64,000 nt of DNA from Octopus sinensis (lineage: Eukaryota), in NCBI RefSeq assembly GCF_006345805.1, contig NC_043013.1, positions 25,854,001 through 25,918,000 of the forward strand, read 5' to 3'. The notes under the pieces were generated by a model. The model saw nothing but the letters and a program-made list of their open reading frames with translations. It was not told the origin of the DNA and ran no database searches. Of the stretch, positions 1-12,220 are shown in pieces. The translations under genes and the position numbers were made by a program. Position 1 is the first letter of the stretch, and the number at the start of each line of letters is the position of its first letter.

Positions 1-408
1 TGATTCAAGAATGACAAGCACCAAGTTGTTCCCTCCAGGATTTGAACACAGAATGTAAAAACATGTAAAGAAATACAGGAAAGAAATCTTGAAGCATGAA
101 AGAAAGGGTCTTTCTACAAACTTTCATGAACAAAGTATTTTTTCCTCATCAAAGCAAAACAAAAATTACGAATATAATTAGCAGTGTATCTCGCTCTTGG
201 TTTGTCCGTCCTCCTGAAACGTGCATCAAAAGTGAAAAAAAAAACTGCTATACTACTTCAACTATGCTTGAATATCAGGAAATACTGACAAGGCGTTAAG
301 TTAGCTATGCTATGCAACTTTCACTATATCTGTATTTAGCGAAAACAGTTACAATACTAATGTAGTTATGTACAAAATAAATTTAAGTGTCTATGTATAG
401 AATTGTGA

Positions 409-722
409 GGAGGCGCAATGACCCAGTAGTTAGGGCAGCGGACTCGCGGTCGGAGGATCGCGGTTTCGATTCCCAGACCGGGCGTTGTGTGTGTTTATTG
501 GGCGAAAACACCTAAAGCTCCACGAGGCTCCGGCAGGGGTGGTGGCGACCCCTGTTGTACTCTTTCGCCCCAAATTTCTCTCACTCTTTCTTCCTGTACC
601 TCGAGTAACGCTACGATGGACTAGTGTCCCGTTCAGCTGGGGAGAACACATACGCCACAGAAACCGGGAAACCGGGCCCATGAGCCTGGCTAGGTTTGAA
701 ATGGGCGCATAAATAAATAAAA
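409..722 (+). mobile_element. tRNA-derived SINE, full length
   Basis: tRNA-like head GGAGGCGCAATGACCCAGTAGTTAGG...GGTTTCGATTCCC (A/B boxes), central GATGGACTAGTGTCCCGTTCAG, (TAAA)n tail. Confidence 0.8.
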
Positions 723-734
723 TGTATAACATTG

Positions 735-938
735 TCCATCCATCCATCCATCCATCCATCCATCCATCCATCCATCCATCCATCCATCCATCCATCCATC
801 CATCCATCCATCCATCCATCCATCCATCCATCCATCCATCCATCCATCCATCCATCCATCCATCCATCCATCTCTCTCTCTATCTATCGCGCTCTCTCTA
901 TCTATCACTCTCTCTCTCTTTCTTTCTCTCTCTCTATA

Positions 939-978
<40 letters not shown>

Positions 979-1010
979 GCTCTCTCTCTCTCTCTCTTTC
1001 TATCTATCAA
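735..1010. repeat. (CCAT)n microsatellite followed by (TC)n/(TATC)n
   Basis: Directly visible; explains the MDGW/IHPS ORFs. Confidence 0.98.
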
Positions 1011-1263
1011 TATATTTCACAGTATATGTATGTGTGTGTGTGCACGTGTGTGTAATATTTGCATTTATATTCATAAAAACACACACGCACATACACACGC
1101 AGAAACACAAACACACACACGCACACACATGTATGCATATTTTATTCAGTGATGAAAAGCGTGTATTTTACTCAACTAATCCCTTTGAATTAAGTTTGCT
1201 CTCTATCTAGCTACAACTATCCGTGTGTGTACGTGTATGGACATGAAAAGATATGTGTGCAAG

Positions 1264-1306
<43 letters not shown>

Positions 1307-1360
1307 TCATATATGTGTGTGCATATATGTGTATGTATGTGCATATATATATATACATAT

Positions 1361-2076
1361 ATCGTGACGTATATTTGCCATTTGAATATGGCTAACCCCT
1401 AAGGGTGGATGCTACTGTAGTTTGTAGCCCCAGGAGGACACCTCCTCCAGCTGGCTATAGACACACTTTCTGTGCCTTATCAGTATTTGCGAAGGGAAGC
1501 CATCCTTCCCGTCTTCAACTTATGATACACACGGACTCGAGTTTCAGGGTATTGATCCGTCATCGGCGTGTGACAATCATAGTTGTCGATGAGAAGTCGG
1601 TTCCCTTCACAAATACATATACTTTCTCCAGTATCGATTGACACTGATATTGAAAAAGTGAAATCAAACAATGATAAATCTCAGAGCGAGTTATAAACAG
1701 TAGCAGCAACACATCGTGACGTATATTTGCCATTTGAATATGGCTAACCCCTAAGGGTGGATGCTACTGTAGTTTGTAGCCCCAGGAGGACACCTCCTCC
1801 AGCTGGCTACAGACACACTTTCTGTGCCCTATCAGTATTTGCGAAGGGAAGCCATCCTTCCCGTCTTCAACTTATGATACACACGGACTCGAGTTTCAGG
1901 GTATTGACCCGTCAGGCACAGAAAGTGTGTCTATAGCCAGCTGGAGGAGGTGTCCTCCTGGGGCTACAAACTACAGTAGCATCCACCCTTAGGGGTTAGC
2001 CATATTCAAATGGCAAATATACGTCACGATGTGTTGCTGCTACTGTTTATAACTCGCTCTGAGATTTATCATTGTT
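1361..2076 (-). mobile_element. Penelope-like/retrozyme repeat: 352-bp tandem unit plus inverted arm
   Basis: 1361-1562 is repeated at 1713-1914; 1915-2076 is the reverse complement of 1667-1828; flanked by (TA)n; contains an HHR. Confidence 0.75.
1528..1572 (-). ncRNA. Minimal type I hammerhead ribozyme motif
   Basis: Minus strand CACACG-CCGATGA-CGGATCAATACCCT-GAAA-CTCGAG-TC-CGTGTG: 6-bp stem I, palindromic stem III ACTCGAGT, GUC cleavage triplet. Confidence 0.75.
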
Positions 2077-2867
2077 ATATATATATATATATTATATCAT
2101 ATTATTTATGAGATGACGAAGAAGGACGCATAATTTACACAACTAATCTCTTCAAACAGTTAGCTGCAAGTAGTTAACAACAAAGCTCAATATATATAAC
2201 CAACAGCTTTTCCATGAGTATGATTGGTCGAATGGATCTTCACATGATTGGTCGAATGGATGGAGGTATCTATTCTTGCCACATATTTGAATTTATATTT
2301 ATATCGCAGTTCATGTGCAATAATGAACAGCACCCGAGGTTACAGGTTTCCAAAGGAACAACAATCACTGGTTCACTGCGTTTGTTATACTGATATCATG
2401 TTCGTCTGTCGGAGTGATGAGAACCGTTTAGTCATCCCAAAGATGACTGATGGCTTGCGCAGTGACTTTAAATAAAGTGGAGAAGAGTAGTGCACTGTCG
2501 GCTCACGCTCTTGTCCTTGATCATTTCCAATCCAGTGGCAAGACCAGGTCAAGATGACCGGGGATGGAGACAGATGCAATCTACAATGAATGGCTGCAGC
2601 CGACTTCCTTTCCGTTCAGCCTTAAAACTTCCTTCCGCAAAGTGTGCCGGATTCAGTCTGCACATGCTTAGGAAGGAAAGCCTTATATTATGACGTGGAA
2701 ATAACAAAGGATTGTGTACAATCCAAAGCATAACAAATACCCGACGGAACTATGTTAGTGAAGCATCGGCTTGGGTTTCCTAGATGTTTCACACACATCC
2801 ATAAGAGACACACAGATAAGTGTGTGGGTATGTAAAACGATTTTCTTTAATTAAAAAGTATTAATTA

Positions 2868-3040
2868 TATATTAAAAAATTTTTCAAAACCGAGCGGATT
2901 AACACAGACCTGACGGAAGGAAGTTCTGTGTAAACACATTTCGATTTTTCCAGCCTGTATTTGAAATGTTTTCACAAAGAGTTAGTCCCATCAGGTCCGC
3001 ATTAATTTGCTTTATTTTAAAAAAGATCTTTTAATATATA
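2868..3040. mobile_element. Small MITE-like element
   Basis: Imperfect ~50-bp inverted ends (ATATTAAAA...GACCTGACGG / CCATCAGGTCC...TTTTAATAT). Confidence 0.45.
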
Positions 3041-3056
3041 TACACACACACACACG

Positions 3057-3105
<49 letters not shown>

Positions 3106-3133
3106 GAGAATATACGTAGAATAAGCATTTTTC

Positions 3134-3327
3134 AATCATAGTGCAGTCAATTAATAAGTTCTTTCATTTTTTTTCACCTACGTTACGTTTCGGCCAACTG
3201 TTATTGTCCATATTTGCGCTTTAAATTGCATTATGATGTTATAAAACAATGGCTTATTTTGGGCATATTTGACTGTTATTTTTTCACTTCTCTCCAATGG
3301 AGAATTTATTCCGATTGCACTATGATT
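3134..3327. mobile_element. MITE
   Basis: ~27-bp TIRs AATCATAGTGCAGTC... / ...GATTGCACTATGATT. Confidence 0.6.
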
Positions 3328-4566
3328 TAAAAAATGAATATTCTATGTATATTCTTTGTTTTCCTTAAACTATTAATTATTGCTCCTATGTCGAAAAGAA
3401 TGAAGTCTCCATAATTACAACTGGTCTTTCGGAAGTGAAAAGTACTGAAATGATAAAACCAACCAACCAAGAACATTAGTATATAAACGCGCGAATAATA
3501 TCCAGAATCGTCAATCGATGTTAGATCAAAACTGGTGCCCGCTTGGATAAGATATCCCTAAAAAAGAAAACTTCTTTACGAAGAAAAAGTATTTTTTGAA
3601 TACACGAAGAAGATAACCAAATTAATTTCACATATAATGCGGTATCTTGGTGTAGATTAAAATTTTTCTTGATTTTAGTTCTAAACAGCCTTAGTTCTTA
3701 GCAAGAACAGTATGACCATTACAACACCAACAATGCTCACCCACCGTCATTAACACCAAAACCAATGCAGCCCACATCATCGACACTGTCAACCCACCAA
3801 CTTTGGAATCCAACTGGCTACAACAGACGTTGGCATGTATGTGTGTGTGTATGTTTTATGTTCTAAGTCAGAAACGCAAGAGGGCGAATTGCTTATAAAA
3901 TCTGGCAGCTCTTCAGGCAACTGTAATCACTTAGTACTTTCTCTCCCTCGGTCCTTCATCTTTTCACCTCATTTTCGTTCTTGCATCAATAGGAATAAGA
4001 CAATTATCCGCTCCTACATATTCGTTGGGGGTAATTAATCGCCGCTGATGTTGGATGTGCTTTCAATTTAAGATGTCTGGAAAAAAGCCATCATGTAGAC
4101 CTGAAGGTACAAATACCGAACGGTATGGCCTTTTGACGTTTGCGATTCCATTGCTATATTGTTATCAGCAATGCCTGGACCAGAATGGTCATTAGTTTAG
4201 AAGCAGGCGTTTATAAAAAAATAACCTCTGTCTGTAGACTCTATTAAATTTTGAAAATGAAATGTATTTTTATAAACACTGGTTTTATAAGCATTCAGTT
4301 GTTTGCATACATTTTGGGAAACAACCTATAAATTTCTGTGTATGTGTGTGTGTCTGTGCGTGTGTTTTGTGTGTACGTGTGTGTGTGTGTTTTATTTGTT
4401 AAAGCTGAAGCGGAGAGTTTGCCTTGCGACTCTAGTTTTACGCCACTGCGATCATCAGGCGAGGATTTCTTTTTAAAAATATATATCTTCTGCAAAACGT
4501 ATTGAACATTCGTCCGACATCAACGCGCGCACGCACACACACAAAAAAACGGGCGCGCGCGCACAA

Positions 4567-4613
<47 letters not shown>

Positions 4614-5579
4614 CATATGTGTGCATGTGTGTGTATGTGTGTGTGCAGGTGTACATATATACATAAACTGAATTAACAGTTATATTTTAGCAGTCATTTT
4701 CTCGAATGTAATAGTTGAAGGCTGATGCTAATATTGGAAAACTCTCCTCACAAAATAAGGAATAATTTGTGTGTGTTTGTGTGTGTTAATTTCAAGTACT
4801 AACTTCATATCTTCCATTGAACTAACCCACATTAATATTATAATGTTAACACAGATGACCGCATCAAACGAAGCGGTTTCATTGCGATTGTTCACTTGCT
4901 GGAAGTAGCAGCCAGATCTTCAAACCATGCACAAGCATCTTAAGGAAGAACACATTTTAAATTTTATAGTATAAAAAAAAAACAAAGAACAAAAGAAAAA
5001 ACGGAAATGGTTTTCATCATAGATCTACTCGGTCGATGAGAGGTAGCCTAGGGCTAAAGAACAACCTACATCACTTGAAATCTCTTGAACAAGTGGGAAT
5101 TATTCAAAGGCAGACATCGTCACAGACCAAACAGAATTGTTATGTTTAATGCAACTTATAAGTTGAAAGAGAATACTTCTCCAGGCCTTTTATTCTATTG
5201 TCGACATGAAAGGTTAGTCTTTAATCAATGAGCATAAATCAAAATAGACACATACATACAAACATACATACACACATACATTCATTCATTCATACGTAAT
5301 TATATATACATAAACATATACATACACATACATATGTATGTGTGTGTGCATATCTGTGTATAATCTCACATACACACACAAACACATGCTTTTATCAGTT
5401 TCAAAAGCTATGCTGGGTTTAGCGGATTTAACCAATACTACCCAGTTATTTTATGCCTAGTTCTTATTCCATAGGGATCTTTTTGGCCAGCGGCTAAGTT
5501 ATGGAGCCATAGAGAAACCAACATTTGTTATCCAGCGGCGAGACACACCCACAGACACAGATGTGTGTGTGTGTGTGTG

Positions 5580-5614
<35 letters not shown>

Positions 5615-5750
5615 GGGAGATCAAAAGCCAGTGTTCGGCATAGAAAGTCTTAGAGACTGTTTGTTTTCGTATTTTCGTGTTTAGAACGACAAAAGTATCA
5701 TTCTTCTTGAGTTTCTGGAATATGATTTTACTGTGGACAGTAAGTGGTAC

Positions 5751-6378
5751 ATTCTTTTCTACTCTAGAAACAAGGCTCAAAATGTTTGCAGAGGGGTCCA
5801 GTCGATTACAGCGACCCTAGTACGCAACTGGTACTTAATTTATCAACCTCGAAAGGATGAAAGGCAAAGTCGACCTCGGCAGAATTTGAACTCAGAACGT
5901 AAAGATAGAAGAAATACCTTTTTCTTTACTACACACAAGGGGCTAAACACAGAGAGGACAAACAAGGACATACAAACAGATTAAGTTGATTATATCGACT
6001 CCAGTGCGTAACTGGTACGTAATTTATCGACCCCGAAAAGATAAAAGGCAAAGTCGACGTCAGCGGAATTTGAACTCAGAACGTAACGGCGGACGAAATA
6101 CTGTTATGCATTTCACCCGGCGTGCTAACGTTTCTGCCAGCTCGCCGCCTTAGTTAGTGGTACATTGAGATACTAAAAGAATACTTGGAGAAGGTATTTA
6201 TTTCTTTATTGCCCACAGGGGACTAAACATAGAGGGGACAAACAAGGACAGACAAGGGGATTAAGTCGATTATATCGACCCCAGTGCGTAACTGGTACTA
6301 AATTTATCGACCTCCGAAAAGATAAAAGGCAAAGTCGACCTCGGCGGAATTTGAACTCAGAACGTAACGGCAGACACC
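5751..6378 (-). mobile_element. Array of three Nin/Deu-domain-like SINE units
   Basis: Three copies of GTTCTGAGTTCAAATTC...GTCGACTTTGCCTTT..ATC..GGGGTCGATAAAT on the minus strand; head GGCGGCGAGCTGGCAG at ~6150. Confidence 0.9.
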
Positions 6379-6646
6379 TGGTCCTCCGTCGGTTATGACG
6401 ACGAGTGCTCCAGTTGAGCCGATCAACGGAACAGCTTGCTCATGACATAAACGTGCAAGTGGCTGAGTTCCCCACAAACACAAACCTCTTCGGATTACTG
6501 GTACAACACATTTTTGCCAGCTGAGTGAACTGGAGGAACGAGAAATAAAGTGTCTTGCTGAAGGATACCACGCGCTACCAGGAATTGAACTCGTGACCTT
6601 ACGATCGTCAGTCGAATACCCTAACCACTAAGCCATGCGCCTTCAC
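6379..6646 (-). mobile_element. CORE-like tRNA SINE
   Basis: Minus-strand head GTGAAGGCGCATGGCTTAGTGGTTAGG...GAGTTCAATTCC, then CAAGACACTTTATTTCTCGTTCCTCCAGTTCACTCAGCTGG. Confidence 0.85.
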
Positions 6647-6791
6647 AATGGCGCAAATGCATCGCTTGTAATATCTAGCCATACGTTTGTATAGAAGTAT
6701 TACTCTAACGTGTGCAATTTAAACGGCCAATGTCATAATGCTTCTTTTTATTAAAAGCTCTGCCAACTTTTGTATTACTTAGGAACAATCC

Positions 6792-6826
<35 letters not shown>

Positions 6827-6959
6827 ATCTGTCTGTCACTTTCTTTCTCTCCCCTCTTTCTCTCTCTATCTCTCGCACACACACACACACACATACACCC
6901 ACATACGTATATGCATGCAAACATGTTCTTTTCTGCTTTAATTATTTAAATTCTTTTAC

Positions 6960-7302
6960 GGAGATTTATTTGCATAGGAAGTGACCTGAACTGAGATCGT
7001 GTGTTGAAACAAAAAAACAATTGTAGCGTGGAAGGTGTTTATAAGCCATTTAAAACACACACAAAAACCGTTAGATTCACTTCAACATTTAAATTTAATT
7101 TGCCAAAATATTTTCGTCGCTTTGAGACCGCGACCTGTTCACTAACAAAATCCAGATGCAACACGGAATTTTGCCAGTGAACAGATCGCGGTTTGAAAGC
7201 GACAGAAATATTTTGGCAAATTAAATTTAAATGTTGAAGTGAATCTAACGGTTTTTGTGTGTTTCTTAAATGGCTTATAAACACCTTCCACGCTGCAATT
7301 GT
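6960..7302. mobile_element. Foldback (palindromic) MITE
   Basis: 7018-7302 is a near-perfect palindrome with ~125-bp arms; a related partial copy lies at 37937-38172. Confidence 0.85.
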
Positions 7303-7324
7303 ATTTAAATTCTTCCTCTGAGGA

Positions 7325-7545
7325 AGGAGTTGGTTTTTAGCAAAGATACTAAACTTTATCATTTGAATGCGGATAAAGCAAACAATGTCATAATTTAAAC
7401 TAGAGAGATGTCTCGCAATTTTTACTGTCGCATTCACAGCTTGTATTTGTGATCTACGAGTCAGTTGGTTGATTTCTTTTTCTGAAAATCCAAATTTATC
7501 CAGATTGTCAGTTAGGAATTTACCCACAAGCCAAACGCACCAATT
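7325..7545 (-). mobile_element. 3' end of an RLE-clade (R4/Dong-like) LINE
   Basis: Frameshifted translation IIGAFG.VGKFLTDNLDKFGFSEKEINQLTRRSQIQAVNATVKI; abuts an (ATT/ATC)n tract. Confidence 0.55.
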
Positions 7546-7551
7546 ATTATT

Positions 7552-7650
<99 letters not shown>

Positions 7651-7682
7651 GTCGTCGTCGTCGTCGTTGTTGTTGTTGTTGC

Positions 7683-7980
7683 CTTTGCACAATTTCTAAC
7701 GCTGGAGATGTACTACGATGTCAGCTGTTCACTACCAGTGAACTTAGGTAACACTTCTTATTTTTCGAGCACCTTCCGGAGTATTCGAGTTGTTCCAAGC
7801 AGTGTTGTTTTCTGCAAGTGCTTCACCCTTATTTCAGCCCCTATTTTATTTGTTCCACGTACTTCTCAAGATTTTTACTCACTGTTCCCAGGGCTTCGAC
7901 AATTATTGGTACTATTATCACCTTTTTCAGTTTTTCATCGACCACAACTGCTTAACTTCCAAGCTAACCTGTCATATCTA
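7683..7980 (-). mobile_element. 3' end of an R4/Dong-like LINE
   Basis: Frameshifted translation YDRLAWEVKQLWSMK..KVIIVPIIVEALGTVSKNLEKYVEQI..HLQKTTLLGTTRILRKVLEK*; bounded by trinucleotide repeats. Confidence 0.75.
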
Positions 7981-7998
7981 TTATTATTATTATTATTA

Positions 7999-8046
<48 letters not shown>

Positions 8047-8074
8047 TATATTATTATCATTATCATTATTATTA

Positions 8075-8120
<46 letters not shown>

Positions 8121-8130
8121 GTTATTATTA
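7981..8130. repeat. (ATT)n microsatellite
   Basis: Directly visible. Confidence 0.97.
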
Positions 8131-9413
8131 TAAATGTGAAATTATAATCTGAATGTAGAAGCCTGTATGTATCGATGCATGTGTATATGTATGGGTGGAT
8201 GAATGGATGGACGAGAACAATTTTCTGTTAGATTTGTATTGGAAGTACAATTGTGATCCAGTTTTATCTTTTTGGAATAATTTTTCTTATTTTCGAAGGA
8301 GTGACTCAGTTTCTTTAGAACAAGAAACAGTCCCCAAAGCTACATCAATATTTCTTGATACTCATGGTTTCATCTTCAGAATGAAGTGGTGTTGGCGTGT
8401 ATTGCCGTACTTAACGCAGACATTACATCAATAATTTAGAGGTATGGTTGTAATACATCTTTACACGCCATTAGTCGGTTGTTCATTTTTGTTTGTGCCT
8501 AGTGTATGCTGTCTACGAGCTTGTCGAGTTTATTTTAACGTTACTCTGCATCGTGAAAATCACTTCCAACGATGATCGTCTATTTTTGTGAGGAATTCTG
8601 CAGAGAAGAGTTGTCCACCAATGTTGCATGCTGCATTCTCCAGGGATGCCAAGCAGTTTTGATGCTACATCAAAATGTCCTGATTCTTGTATCACGCTTC
8701 TCAACCCTGCTACGCATGCAGTCACCTCACCAAGCGAGGAGAGAGAGAGAGAGGGGGAAGAGAGGGAGAGAGAGACAGAGAGGAGGGAAGAGAGAGACAG
8801 ACAGATAGACAGACAGAGACAGAGAGAGTCTTACCTACTTACCTGTCTGTGTATTTTTGTATCTGTTTACCTGTCTCGCCTATTTCGCTATTTTACCAAT
8901 CTACCAACTGAACTATCTACCTATCTATCTACATGAAAATATCACTACACCTGTCTGTCTGCTAGTTTGCGTACTTAACAACTATCAATAAACCATTGTT
9001 TCATACATATTTATCTTCAACTCACAAGTAGGTCGTAGAGTGGATAAGACTATCGGCAGCCAGCCAAGGGGATGACGGTTGGTATTCTGGTCTTGCGCTA
9101 TATTGACAGCCAAGCAACTAAAATATCTATTGTTGTTATCTAGGATCCATTCGTATGGACACGGGATAAAGGCATTCAATTTCGGCAGTGTAGTGCGGGG
9201 TGTGCAGACTGCACGTGACGGCGGGTTTTTGCTGTAGTCGGAAGTATGTTACGTTTTAGGAAGTAGGGCAACCAATATAGCTACGGCACAGGGTGGCCAA
9301 AACTCACACCGCGCCACCGTTCCAGTTGTGACAACCCACTTAATTTTTTCTTATTTCTTAGACATTGACGCAGGCGTCTTTGTGTGGTAAGAAGCTTGCT
9401 TCTGTGTGGTAAG

Positions 9414-9953
9414 AAGGCGGCGAGCTGGCAGAATCGTTACCACGCCGGGCGAAATGCTTAGCGGTATTTCGTCTGCCGCTACGTTCTGAGTTCAAATTCC
9501 GCCGAGGGCGACTTTGCCGTTCATCCTTTCGGGATCGATTAAATAAGTACCAGTTACGCACTGGAGTCGATGTAATCGACTTAATCCGTTTGTCTGTCCT
9601 TGTTTGTCCCCTCTGTGTTTAGCCCCTTGTGGGTAGTAAAGAAATAAGTATTTCTGTGGTCGATAAATTAAGAACCAGTTACGCACTGGGGTCGATGTAA
9701 TCGACTTAATCCCTTTGTATGTCCTTGTTTTGGCTCTTGTGGGCAAAGAAATAAGAAACGTTAGCAAGCCGGGCGAAATGCTTAGCAGTATTTCGTCTGT
9801 CTTTACGTTCTGAGTTCAAATTCTGCGAAGTCAACTTTGCCTTTCATCCTTTCGAGGTCAATAAATTAAGTACCAGTTGCGTACTAGGATCGATCTAATC
9901 GACTGGCCCCCTCCCCAAAAATTTCGGGTCTTGCGCTTAGAATAGAAAAGAAT
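9414..9953 (+). mobile_element. Head-to-tail trimer of Nin/Deu-domain-like SINE
   Basis: Full unit 9414-9646, deleted headless unit 9647-~9735, third unit to 9953; preceded by a SINE head fragment at 9368-9402. Confidence 0.88.
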
Positions 9954-10305
9954 ATTTTGTGGCCTCCCGCTTTTGTCTACCAGGATAAAGCGGACTCGCA
10001 GATTCAAAGGCTTAAATCTAAAAACATTATTATAATATCTTTTATCACCTACTTGTTTCAGTAATTTGACTGCGGCCATGCTGGGGCACCGCCTTGATAG
10101 GTTTTAGTCGAACAAATTGACCACAGAGCTAGTTTTTTTTAGGTCTGGTACTTATTCTATCGGGTCTCTTATCAAACCGTTAAGTTACGGGGACGTAAGC
10201 GCAACAACACCGTGGAGGAACAAGCACACACGCACACACACATGCACACACAGAAACACCCACACACAAACACGTACACACAGATATATACATGCATATA
10301 TATAT

Positions 10306-10353
<48 letters not shown>

Positions 10354-10471
10354 GACGGTCTTTTTTCAGTTTCCGTCTACCAAATTCACTCAGAAGGCTT
10401 TGATTAGCCCGAGGCTATAGCAGAAGACACTTACCCAAGGTGCCATGCAATAGGACTGAACCCAGAACCAT

Positions 10472-11855
10472 ATTTTTGCCATAAAGGTATTACATAGAGG
10501 GAACACTACAACACCTGTGGGGACATATAACAATTAAAAATATATAAAAATAAAATCTGATATTATGAATGACACATGAAAATGAACATGAAAAACAAAT
10601 TAAAATTATGATAACGTGTGATAGTTGGAAATGAAAATATGAAGAGTGTGCTACTCACCCCACACTGAGCAACACCACTCGCAACCTCTGAGTCTTAATT
10701 TCGTTTTAGTTTCTCTTTCAGTTCCACTATCGCTCCATGACTGCACTCTCTCGTAACCGTTTTTACCGGGGGAGGGGTCTTCTAAATTGTGAGGTGTCTG
10801 TTCTTTTTTTCTTTTTTCTTGTGGGAAAATGGGGTGGGTGGGTTTGGTGTCTGTATGGGGAGGGTGGGTCTGAGTGGTCTTGGATGGGAGGGAGTTGGAC
10901 TGGGGTACCACATCATACTCAGTGTTCTTTTTTTTTCTCTTTTTCCTTCTACTCTCTGTTACTCTCCATTCTTCCTCCTTTTCCGTCTTTCCTCCGTCTG
11001 TCTTTTCTTTCTCTCTTTTCTCTTCCGGCTCCACAACTGTTTCCTCTGCTATTGTCCTCTGTAGAGGGCAGTATGCTCTAATGTGTCCATTTTGGCCACA
11101 TTTAAAACAACGTGGTACTTTGCCATCTACCTACACTCTCAGCACAATTTCCCTCAACGTCAGCGTCTCTGCAAAACTCTCCACTAGTGCCTCCTCCGTC
11201 TGTATGATTAATTCTAATATCTTCCCTTCCCAACCTCCTTCTTCCGTTTCTGTGGCTTGAAGGACAACCACTTTCTCCTCACTTTCAACAAGGACAGCCG
11301 CTGCCACCCAAGCTACTTCTATATCAGGTGAGATTGCTTCTACCCTTACCTTGGAAGTCTTTCTTCCACGGTATGTGGGCAGAAGCACTACTTCCGCTGT
11401 TTTCACCGCCACACTCGCCAGCCTCCTCGCCTCTTCTACTGTCCTTAATTGGATGACCGTTTTACTATATCTTCTTCCTCTAATTATGTATACTATTCCT
11501 TTTGATTGCTCCCTTAGCGCCTTTTCTGTTTCAGCTTCCACCTGCTCAGCCTCTGGTGGTGGTGGTGGGGGGCGACAACCTCACTTCAACTCCCACTTTC
11601 TGCACCATATTCTCATACTCCATTAGACCAGCCAAGTCCAACTCCCTTCGCTTCATCTCCGTGGCCTCAGCAAGTCCTTGTCTTTTCCAGCACTCCGTCC
11701 ATCTTTATGACAGCCCTTACCTGCTCCTCTTCTGCTGAAGACAACTCTGACCCGCTAAAGTCTGAGCACATCATCTCTACCCTCAAAGCAGCACAAAAAA
11801 AAACGTCCGACTTGCACAGAAACGACAAACCAGATGTACTCTGGGTGACACATGC
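10472..11855 (-). mobile_element. Non-LTR retrotransposon carrying only a gag-like ORF1 (HAL1-like)
   Basis: Putative 5' UTR, ORF1 with CCHC knuckle, T-rich 3' region ending TATGTAATACCTTTATGGCAAAAAT; no RT or endonuclease sequence seen. Confidence 0.6.
10651..11623 (-). pseudogene. Disrupted ORF1 with CCHC zinc knuckle
   Basis: ORFs 11131-11541 and 10651-11034 are in frame across a TAG at 11131-11133: ...IVLRV*VDGKVPRCFKCGQNGHIRAYCPLQR... (CX2CX4HX4C). A frameshift separates the candidate ATG at 11623. Confidence 0.8.
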
Positions 11856-12000
11856 ACGGAAGCAAGCTTCTTACCACACAGCCACGCCTGCGTATTACAA
11901 TACTGTAAATTAATTTAATTCTTGTTTATTATTACGGAACATGGTAATTATTTAAATAAGTGTTTTTACTGCCACCTCACCACTTGACCTACACTTATAA

Positions 12001-12220
12001 TTCCGGTTTTCTACTAAAGGCACAAGGCCCGAAATTTGGGTGGTGGGAAAGAAGCTAGTCGATTACACTGACCCCAGTGCTCAACTGCTATTTATTCTAT
12101 CAACCCCGAAAGGATAAAAGACGAAGTCAAACTCGGAGACGTTTGAACTCAGAGTATAAAGCCGGAAGAAACTCTAAGCATTTTGTCCGGTATGGTAACA
12201 ATTCTGCCATCTTGCCGCCT
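12001..12220 (-). mobile_element. Nin/Deu-domain-like SINE
   Basis: Diverged match to family consensus (AAGGCGGCAAGATGGCAGAATTG head on the minus strand). Confidence 0.8.

Larger units (their letters stand above)
10038..11892 (-). mobile_element. CORE-like SINE split by a LINE insertion (10038-10471 + 11858-11892)
   Basis: Body ends ...GAACCCAGAACCAT and resumes GGAAGCAAGCTTCTTACCACACAGCCACGCCTGCG; TSD-like TATTA(T/C)AATA at 10028-10037 and 11893-11902. Confidence 0.85.

Noticed and set aside
430-1210. ORFs such as (MDGW)n and (IHPS)n
   Set aside because: Translations of CCAT/TATC microsatellites; the same applies to all YI-, CV-, HT-, poly-L/Y/N-rich ORFs in the window.
2340-2500. LINE RT remnant (VHCVCYTDIMFVC..)
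   Set aside because: Only a weak resemblance to the YADD region; not supportable without an HMM search.
8960-9340. Solo LTR ending GTTGTGACA
   Set aside because: No matching TGTCAC start or TSD found.
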